Program-made: the position numbers and the translations under genes | Shown: piece after piece, positions 54,436 through 64,000 of the stretch | How the letters are laid out: the number at the start of each line of letters is the position of its first letter | Position numbering within the stretch: the first letter of the stretch is position 1 | Assembly: GCA_004022145.1 (NCBI GenBank) | Contig: RCNU01000008.1 | Direction: 5' to 3' (one strand) | Length of the DNA: 64,000 nt | Origin: Paecilomyces variotii | Lineage: Eukaryota | Notes under the pieces: model-generated | What the model was told of the DNA's origin: nothing | Seen by the model: the letters and a program-made list of their open reading frames with translations, nothing else | The model's database searches: none

Positions 54436-54763
54436 AACAGTTTTGGTGGCTGAGACTCCACTTTTTCGTTGCCTTTCATATTAAACGAACATATGCGCTT
54501 CTTGTTGCTTGCCATGCTGCTGGGGGTGTTCAGGATCGTTGGATACTTTTGTTTCGTCTGGGCTTCGGGGGGTTTTTCACGACGTTGCGCTGAGCGTATT
54601 CTGTCTCCTCTATGCATATATCTTTTTTCCCCCAAAGTCGGGTTCCATTTCGCATGAGTTCTTAGACTGGAATCGCACAGCAAGCAATATTCAAAAATAC
54701 GGGCTCTTTTTAATTTATTGGTTCATCTAGCTCGCCTCAAACGGTAATGTGCTTGGAGCCCGC

Positions 54764-55897
54764 TCAATCGGCAGATAATCTCATTCTAACCTTCAGGAGA
54801 TCATTCTCTACAATCGTATTCTTTTTTTCTTCTAGTTCCAACATATCCCATGTTGCATCCACATAGCGACCAGCAAGCCATCTGCGCGGCTTTTTCGTCA
54901 GCCATACGACGGTGTCCGAACTGAGCTCTTGGGTATCTCCGAAATCTAAAAGCAAAATATGATTAAAACTGTAGTTATTGCAGAGTTTTGTGTGATCCGT
55001 CCATCTGGTACTTACAAGGTCTCATGTTTTCTGGAACTGTTTCCCCCATATCCGTGGCCACGAGCCCAGGGTGCAGTGCAATTGATATCACACCCTTGTC
55101 TGCATATTCTGCACATATTCTCTCAGTGAAGCGTATAACTGCCAACTTGGTTGTCGTATAGCTCGAGTGGCCAGGCCAACCGAGGTGTGCACTGATGCTC
55201 GTCAAGTTCACCACCTGTCTGAGGACATCTTGTCCATCACCAGCCGCAAACAAAAGGGGCAGGATCTCTCTTGTGACGAGATATGTGCCTTTATTATTAA
55301 CTTCCCACGACCGCCACCATTCATCAGGGTCGCTCTCTGTAATAGAGGCTTCTTTCCCCAAGAACGCAGCATTATTGACCAGTATATTCACTTTTCCGAA
55401 TCGAGCCCTAATCTCATTGGCGGCCGCTGCAACAGCTTTTGCATCTGTAATATCAGTATGCAGCTTCAAGATTTCCGGCACGTATCTCCCTGTAGCAGCG
55501 GCCTCGTCGAGGATGCGCTTCTCCGTACCATCAAGATTCCCACGTGCTAGGATTACGATCTGTGATGCTCCTGCTCGTGCGAATGCGGCGGCGGTGGTGG
55601 CACCAATCCCTCTTGAAGCTCCAGTGACCAACACCGTTTGTCCTGAAAGGTTCGCTAGTAGTGGGGAAATGGCAGGGTATGTATCGTGATGGATTGTCGT
55701 CGTGAAATTCCTTCCTAGAGATCATAGCAAGTAAGTCCTCCATTGGAAAGACATACAGGTCGCAGGAGCGTGACCAGGATACGTGGATAGGCAATTCGAA
55801 CAGATCTTTTAAATGGCGACGAGAAAACAAAATATGACAGCGTACCGCAATACTTGTAGTCTGGGTGGAGTTCTATTGAGCCGGGCTTGTCCTCCAT
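54764..55897 (-). CDS. Short-chain dehydrogenase/reductase, 3 exons
   Basis: HHDTYPAISP, TGASRGIG, LVNNAA, YTTTK, LHPG, WLAGRYVDATWD; first exon MEDKPG...YCG joins in frame. Confidence 0.9.
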
Positions 55898-57677
55898 TGT
55901 GATTTATCATCCGCGGTCGAGCATATAGGCAGTGTTAAGAAGATAGACAGAATCAAATGTAATCTCAAAAAAGAGGGAGGAAAAAAGCATTAGTCCCCCC
56001 AGTTAACTCGGATGAATGCCACGTTCTGGTCATATACTCTAGCTCGTCTGAGACGGTGTACCCGAGCTGCAACACGCCACATACGGAAAGCACTAAAACT
56101 AATGCGATGTCTAGTTTACAGGGGTTTGCATGTGTCAAGAAAGATTGCCACTTAGAAATATTGCAGTATGTCTATAATATATCATTATTTACCATTTGTA
56201 TGTCGAGTCTCAGCGTGGAGCATGAATGAGCATATATACGAGGCGAGTGATACATAAACCGCCAAGAGATCAACATAAAACCTGCGATAGGTGAGACCCA
56301 GATCGATATATTTGATAAACATACTAATATTTTGAAGAAGTCGTCTAAAGTAGAATTCTATTCCTTCATCGTCATCGTCGTGCTTTGCTTTTTTAGGCCC
56401 CCAAGTCATGGGTGATCAGGTCCATTTACTGCGACCTCATGCGGTCCCTGAGTTTGTGGCACCCGCCATGCCGGTATCATCGACACCGGTCACGGATATC
56501 AAGCGATAGATTCTGTTGATCTTAGCTTTGCTTCCTTCGCTATAATCAAGATGGATATAGTTCCTCTCTCGTGCTGCGTTTAAGGAATGCCTCAACGCTA
56601 AATATAATCTCCGTTAATCCTCGGAGTTTCAACACAAAACGTCCGCAGTTTCTATATGTTACTAAGTTGGATCGACAATATGCAACGGTCCAATTGTCTC
56701 ATGAATTTCTGGTCCCGATGGTATCATTGGATAGTTCTATCATGATTGGACTTCTTGGAAGGAATACGGGAGCAATATCTCGCCACTGGTACTTTTATAG
56801 CCAAGTTTCAACATCTGCATGATGCTCCCGAGACTGTGGAAGGCCCCTGTAACATGCGGGGAAATTTCTTGGGATAGCCGCAATATGGCGTTTTCACCTT
56901 CTATGTGGATTTGGAAGTGCTCTAGGGCTTTGAAAGGTTCTGGCAGTTGGGTCTCTATTCTTCTGGTTGACACGACACGGGAAAGAGAAGGTGAATGTTC
57001 AACCATCTTTGCTTCAAATGATATGAACGTAAACAAAAAGGCCAAAGGCTCTCAAAGTGCGATTCATGCGTTGAGTCGAGGGAACGCAATGAATCCTTCG
57101 AGTAAGTGAACATAGGCTAACTAGTTGAGTAAAGACTCCAGCACCATGTTAGTGCATAAGCGAATATGTGCTCCTTGAGGAAAAGGAGGTTTCGCCGTCT
57201 ATGACGCCCGAGACATCACTCGGTGTGCCTTTGTTTCGATGCAGTGGCGTGTACAGGATGTATTGTTATTGTTATGATCATCCATTGATGCCCAAGAGGC
57301 TGAAACGGGCAGGTGCAAGTCAAAGGCGCAGTCAACCCGAAGCGGACTAGCGCTCTTCCCTGTTTGTCGACCACCTTCCGCTGCAACATTCGACCCTTTC
57401 ACTCTCTCTCCCATCCATTCCTCCTTAATCCACCCACCCAACGCTTCTTCAACTCCCAAGGAGCATCCGTGATTCATCATATCTACATATACACATCTAT
57501 CTATCTATCGTCTCTGCGATTCTCCGTATCCCCGCGAGAGTTCAGCTTCAGGTCGATTCTCAAAGCGTTGCGATCTTTGGTGACGCAACCTCTTCCACTC
57601 GTCTCCACCAAGTGCTACGGTCGACGTGACCTTTCGTGAGATCTTTCAAATCTATCAAGACTCCTCACGTAGTCAAC

Positions 57678-59670
57678 ATGTCTGGCAAGCTCGACCAGTC
57701 TCTCGATGAGATCCTCAGCAGCCGTCGGCAGGGTAATGCTGGCCGCCGTAATGCGCGTCGTCGCAGTGGTGGCGCGAAGGCCGCTGCCAGCGCTGCTCCG
57801 GTCGGAGGAGTGAAGAAGAACACCAAGGGTGCGAAGCCAGCAGGAAAGGGTGCGCCCACTGGACCTGCAGGAGTATCTGGTGAGAGCAAGATCATGGTGA
57901 GCGGACTGGTAAGCTTTCTCCGTCCACTGTGTTGGGTTGTCTCTCATAACAAGGTATGCGGTACTAACTGTATAACTAGCCACCGGACGTGAATGAAGCC
58001 CAAATCAAGGTATGTTAATCGAGAGGCCTTCGCCTTGGGTTTCTATCGCCATATCTTTTTGAGATCTTCGAGGCGCGAGCGGTTGCATTCCGAGTTTCTC
58101 TATCTCGTCCACGACGCGGTCATACCGGTCGAAATTTTTCGGCGCAGACAGAGTGCTCCTTACCTACGTCCTTGCTCGCCCCTTAGCGGCTGATGCGGAC
58201 TGTGGAAGTAGAGCCCTGTCGCTAGTCTTGCCATGCGCCATATCATTTGCTCGCTATCGGTTAGCAACGCTTGTGTGGTCGCTCTGCAGACTGTGCCATG
58301 AGAGTGTCGATTCAGACGTTCCCGGGTTCTTTTTTTGAACATTGGCTATGCGTTGTGATTTCGCATTCTGGCTTTTATGGGGCATCAGCGAGCGCATCAG
58401 TGAGCGCATCAGTGATTCAGCAGCATAGTTCATCTAGCCACGGAAGAAAGCCAACTCCAGAAGCGACTACGTCCTGCTTGCCCGCCTGCCCGACTATCGA
58501 CTAGCCCACAGCTCAGTGCGGTCGCCTCCCGGAAACCTAAATGCCCTGAAAAACAATACGCATCTCTTGCGGCATGGGAAACATTCTGTGAGCCACTAGA
58601 AATCACAACTCGCTCTTTGTCTTCTCCTATGTCTGCGGCGGCCAGATACAAACAAATAAGCATGCGCGATGCTGTTTGAGAATCCTGGCCATGGTTTCCC
58701 GTATCACATAGCTATTATGCTATGTTGACAGAGTTTTTTACAACCACCGGATATCCACAAATTCGCTCCGTCCCTCATGCCTTGACTTGGATTATATCTC
58801 GCCGGAACTACCGTCCTCATGTCGATGCAACATTTCTTCAAACATCACTAACTACTAATGCTCGCTGTGTACTCGCTGATGCCCTTGGGATTTTCGAGTT
58901 CGGGACCGTTTTCGCGCGCGCATCCTAGCTGTCTCAGTGTCGAGTGCGACGGACGTGGAGTTTCCAATGGAAATACTGATTGTTATGTCGCTATCGTTAT
59001 AGGAGTATTTCACAAAGTCAGCAGGCCCCGTCAAGCGGGTAATGGTGACCTACAACCAGAATGGCACGAGCCGAGGCATCGCTCAGGTGACATTCAGCAG
59101 ACCGGACACTGCGGCGAAGGCCGCTAAGGAGTTGAACGGACTTCTCGTCGACAAGCGCCCGATGAGAGTATGCATCGCACTTTCTCATTCCATTTGATCA
59201 CTCATGTCTAACTCTGTTATAGATCGAAGTTGTCCTCGACGCCACTCGCGCCCCAGAGATTCCTGCACCAAAGCCGCTCACTGAGCGTGTAGCGTATGTT
59301 TGCTGCTCCTCCAGCTTGCTTGTACTGGCTACTGACCTTTGCAGTCAACCCAAGGCCCAGCCTAAGCCAGCTACTGCGACCAAGGCCAATGGCACAGCTG
59401 CCCGCGGTCGTGGCCGTGCTCGTGGCCGTGGTCGTAAGCCCAACAACCGTCCGAAGCCGAAGTCCGTTGAGGAACTCGACGCGGAGATGGTGGATTACTT
59501 TGCCAGCACTGAGAATAGTGCCCCTGCTGCTGAAGGCGCCGCTCCTGCTGCCACCAATGGTGCTGCTGCGCAGCCAGCTACCAATGGTGATGACATGGTG
59601 GCTGAGATATCTGTAAGTCATTGCCGAAAGACGTAAAAGTTGAGCAGGAAGGACTAACTTATCGTAGTAA
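57678..59670 (+). CDS. yra1: mRNA export / RNA-annealing factor Yra1 (ALY/REF family)
   Basis: REF-N box MSGKLDQSLDEI, RRM (KIMVSGL|PPDVNEAQIK|EYF...), REF-C box KSVEELDAEMVDYF; stop codon is the first codon of the last exon (59668-59670). Confidence 0.95.
58010..59002 (+). other. 993-nt structured second intron of yra1
   Basis: GTATGT donor at 58010, TACTGAT branch candidate at 58974-58980, TTATAG acceptor ending 59002; flanking exons join as ...QIK|EYF...; internal long-range complementarity. Confidence 0.88.
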
Positions 59671-60205
59671 ACGACCGGTTTTCATTGAATGCGCTTGAAC
59701 CAGCCTCTCAGCTCTGGAAAGCGAGCATTGACTTACCTGTACTCTAAACCCCCATTTTGTCCGTACGACTTCAGACTTCGCAACCGTTGTCAGAAACTCT
59801 TATTGCAGTTGTTGTTGCTGGTCTTTTTATTACAACCCCTGCGTCTGTTATTTTTTACGGTTTAAGTTTATGCGCTCGGTTTCACGTTGCGGGTTTTCGG
59901 CTATTTGAAGGGATGGGACAAAGGGAGAATGTATGTACTTTTTCACCCGAACTCAGACCATGCTGCTCGTGTTGTAGTCGAGACGAATGCAGGTTTATCC
60001 CGATAATAAATCATGAATTTTGATGATACGATTAATATTCTGTCCGGTAAACATAATTGCGGCTATCCTCAGAGTGTCAGCGACTCTCCTAAACCATCCC
60101 GACAAGTCTGCAGGATGGTGGTGAACTGTCCTGGAAGAATGACACGGCAATATCTCTTTACAACTCCACACGGAAAGAACTCAGATGGTACTTCTCAGCT
60201 TGCCA

Positions 60206-62635
60206 TCAAGTCCACGTCCCATTTGGCGGGCCAAAGTACCCTACTGTTGGCATCTCTTTCCATGGGAGGCCTTCTCCATCCGCTGTGTTGAGATAGACAG
60301 TGTTTCCCCACCAATCTGGGAATGAAGCACCCGGGTAACTGACGCAGAAAAAAATGACAATGCCAGATAAGGCCAGGCCGGTGTCGAGTGCGGCAGCAAG
60401 GACATAGTTATATTTCGTCCACCAGGCGAAGAATTTGCGCTTGATATAGTAGTTGAAGACGAAGTTGACAATGGCCCAACTGGAGTAATTGATTCCGGTT
60501 GCTGTGATATGATATTAGTGGTCACGTTTTGGTAAGTAGCGATGCGGGGAGAATGTGTACCTGGTGGCACGTTATAGGTTCCGACAAATATCAAGGGCCA
60601 ATTGATCAGTTTGAGGAACGGACGTTTAGTATACTTATACAGAAGCCATGTGAAGACTGGGACGAGAGCACCGATCCAGAAGAAGTGCAAGAGAGATGAA
60701 TATATCTTTCCAGCGGAATAGAGACGGCGCGGACCGACCAGACCCCAGACAACGGACGAGGAATATACGGTTCTGCCACCGGGACAGGAGAACCCGTCCG
60801 GCTGGTCAGAATCGCAGACATCGGGGATATGGCCCAGCATCCAGATCGTGACTCCCGCTTGGGTCAAAGCTCCAAGAATGGTTGCGAAACCCTGTGCGAA
60901 GAAGAGCGTTCGCGGTGGGATCTTGAGATAATGGCCCAGCTTCATGTCCATGGCGAAATAGACGCCTTGGCCTACTACGTCTTGCGACAGGACCTTGAAG
61001 ATCATATTGGCGAGAGGCTTTCCTTCAAACATGTAACCGCCGATGAACTCGCTGAGTACGTTGATCTGGTTGGCATTGACGTTGGTGATTCCTTCAATGA
61101 TACCGCATGGGATCATGTACAACGCTGGAATGACCAGGGCTAGGAAAACGCCGTATACAGGGAGCTTTGTCTCATACACTTCGACCATGGCAATTGCAAT
61201 TGCGGTCATCATAACAATTATGGCAGCATACCAGTACCATGGCGTGCTCCTGTATCTTTTCATCAGTCGAGCGTGAATGTCGAGCTTGGTCCTGCCCTTC
61301 CAAGCATCTCTGATATCGTCATAATGCCAACAGGCGACGTGGGTAAGAGCAGCTGTGATAGATGCGAAGGATAAACCGTAGACGAATGCAAATGTCGCTG
61401 GTAGATATGGAGGCGAGTATCGCTTATACGCCTCGACGTCTAAAGAGTTGTCTGGGCCAACGACCCTGCTGGTATCATAGACTTGACCTGTTCTGTCATA
61501 CACATCGGCCGTCATCAGTGGAAGGTAGGCTGTAAACCAGGTATTCGTGTAGTACAGAATCGGAGTGATGATCCAGAAGAACACCACGAATCCTGCGAAG
61601 ACATTGAGAGCTGCCCAAGCAGGTGATAGCAACGGGTCAGTATTGTAGGCCACCATCGACCAGTCGAACGTGATGGGACTAAGTCCAAGTCCTGTCTGCA
61701 TTCCGAAAAGGTGATTTACGATGAGGTTCTTTGGTGCTATCCAACACACCCAGGTAAAGTAGCTGAGCGCAGTGAAGATCAGACCCGGGAACCAGTACCA
61801 TGCGAACGCCGCAATCGTAACGTAGAAGAAAAAGCGCAGACGTGAAACCTTCCAGCCATCAGCGACAGCATTTGCGCGCGAGTGGAGAGTTTCAAGCATC
61901 GCACAATTCGATAACACTGCTGGCCAGATTATACTAGCAGGCTCCACGAGCCATGGCGCTGCCAGTCCGGCAATACCAAAGCCCAGGAGCTGCGCGCATA
62001 ACACAACCAAGACGGAGAATCCTGCCTTGAGTCCAAAGTTGTAGAACTTGGGTGAGGCGGCTTGGATGATTTGAGTGGCGTCCGCACTTCCATAACCGAA
62101 GGAGACATTGCTCATGATCGTTATAACAGCATGTTCCTTGATGTTGAAATGGCTATCTGGGTTTATGCACCATCGTCCCAAGGGACCAAGGTTGACAGTC
62201 CATTGTGGAAGAGTCTTTGCCAGAAATACACCGCAAGGGTACGCCAGAAGTTCTGCGACTAGGGCCACGATGTGTACGGATGGATAGCGCAAAGCGAAGA
62301 ATTGATTAACTCCAGAACCGAGGATCGTGAATATTATTCCTAGCACCCACATGCGCAGAGTATTCACTGGCATGCCGGGGTCATCAACCTCCGGGACGAC
62401 CGCCCGAACTAGAATTGTAGTTAGCGGGCATGCATATAGAGCAGATTACTAGAGCTTATACAGTACCTTCGGGATAGGGCGATCGATCAGATTCAATGTC
62501 GATCTTCGCATTCTCTTTCAACACCGTATTCAAATCAACGTCCAATTCCTCCAGTGCACCTTGTTCAACTTCCGTCTCCCCGCGAGTTGTCGCGGGCTTC
62601 ACGACGGAGTCCATCTCTTTCTCTTTGGAAGCCAT
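60206..62635 (-). CDS. OPT-family oligopeptide transporter (Isp4-like), 3 exons
   Basis: SPYPE|VRAVV...DDP, FNIKEHAVITIM, DMKLGHYLKIPPR, WWTKYNYVLAAALD, WWGN; TGA at 60208-60206. Confidence 0.95.
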
Positions 62636-63611
62636 GATTGGCGATTCTGAACCTCAGATCCTTCTGTAGAGGATTGAGGTTTCTTCTATCGCTGATCAAG
62701 ACCGCAAGAAGGTATGGACGAAGGAGCGGGGGATCGGCATGTTTTCCATTGTATACCAGCGTAGTATCTGGACATTGCATCGTTGATAGTATCCTTATCA
62801 TTTATGCAGGTTAGTCTCTTTAGACTACCACATGGTAGTACTGTACCTACTTAGCACCGGGGACAATGCGCGACGAGAGAACGATAAGGACATGTTAGCT
62901 CGCCACTCAGGCAGATTTCTCTAGTGTTCCTCGCACAGGATTGCTAAAAGCGTCTTGCGCTAACTAGGTAGGTACTACCTATGGAATCAATGTGCTTTGA
63001 CATGTTGTTTTCCAGGATGAAGCTACGAAGGGCCCGCCACACCCTTACTTTTATTGTACGGGCCGTCGGAGATGTGATCAAGGACAGTGTTTCTTATCTT
63101 CTCCACTTTCTGAGACATCAATACTCGGGGTATAGAGTATGATGATACTAAGAATAAGAACAAGAGACTATATGCCTTCTTTAACTGTCAATCTAAAAAA
63201 CAATAATTGAAAGAACTCCAACGTGTGATCTTTCTAACCCCGGATTACACTGTTTCAAGCACACGTACTATCTCAAGCGTGGGTGTTAGACAAGATGCTG
63301 TCGGTTTCTCCGATGAATTTGGAAACTCGACGGGCGGGTCGACCCCGCAAAATCGCGATAAGAGGCAATATAGATGAAAACATCATTATGTTCGGAATCT
63401 GAATATAGAAAGAGAAATCTGTATCACCTTAGAAGCATTCGTTCCAGATAAGGGTTTCTGGAATACCCATGTGAGATCAAGGAACGATATCATTTCGCTT
63501 TGAGCCGCTTTAGACAAAAGAAGAAGGTCTAAGCTATTAGGCCGAACTGCTTATCTTTTCCTCCTGTGCTATCTTTCTAACAGGGCATCATCCGTGATCG
63601 AGGGCGACTCC

Positions 63612-64000
63612 TCAGTACATACCTACGGGGACTCCATTTTCCTTCCACACCCTAGCATCCTTCATCACAAATTGCACCCTCCGTAGAGCCCCAATATCAG
63701 TTCTAAGATCCCCGTCCAAAGCAATAATATCCGCGGCAACCCCTTTCTCGAACCAACCGAACCTTCTTCCACACATATCCCCTCCGCAAGCTTCCCAACC
63801 GTGCAATGTGCTAGCAGTTAAGACTTCTTCAATTGGGATCCCTGCCTCCGTCATAAGCTCCATCTCTCTGGCATTGTCGCCATGGGAGAATGCCCCAGTA
63901 TCACCTCCGCAGGCTAGTTTAACCCCAGCCTCCCATGCCTCTTTCGTGTGTGCGAGAATTTCTTCTATGCGCTCAGGAAGTTGCTGCTCGAAAACAGCTA
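63612..64000 (-). CDS. Amidohydrolase-family protein, 3' end only (runs off the window)
   Basis: GVKLACGGDTGAFSHGDNAREMELM, AADIIALDGD, VQFVMKDA. Confidence 0.85.
   Translation of the reverse strand, partial: AVFEQQLPERIEEILAHTKEAWEAGVKLACGGDTGAFSHGDNAREMELMTEAGIPIEEVLTASTLHGWEACGGDMCGRRFGWFEKGVAADIIALDGDLRTDIGALRRVQFVMKDARVWKENGVPVGMY

Noticed and set aside
56185-57109. 101-aa minus-strand ORF (56740-57045) and neighbouring fragments
   Set aside because: No recognisable domain or consistent splice model; could be an orphan or relic but cannot be supported.

Overview
Intron-rich filamentous ascomycete DNA; gene content and RIP signature suggest Eurotiales (inference). The ORF track fragments most genes, so CDS spans were rebuilt by hand from GT/GC-AG sites and run from first to last codon. 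Layout: a RIP-degraded AT-rich repeat (1-~2080); argininosuccinate synthase bracketed by two identical, convergent tRNA-Trp(CCA) genes; a 9.3-kb six-gene tailoring cluster with no PKS, NRPS, P450 or regulator (two FAD oxidases, a frameshifted UbiA prenyltransferase, a rhodopsin-domain membrane protein, a cupin, an SDR); CTP synthase; a Pca1-type heavy-metal P1B ATPase; an SDR; an ArAE/FUSC-like transporter; a decaying accessory island with a PD-(D/E)XK-like ORF; a GPI protein; Ypt35; an IQ-motif protein; a class I hydrophobin; an amino acid permease; an NLP; an alpha/beta hydrolase; a GH28 rhamnogalacturonase; p23; Vps24; an SDR; Yra1; an OPT transporter; and a partial amidohydrolase. The strongest leads are (1) the 993-nt yra1 intron, at the same codon position as the autoregulatory yeast YRA1 intron and containing long-range self-complementary stems, (2) the backbone-less UbiA/cupin/SDR/FAD-oxidase cluster, and (3) the tRNA-arg1-tRNA cassette at the RIP boundary. 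No CRISPR, rRNA or intact transposon was seen. No database searches were run.
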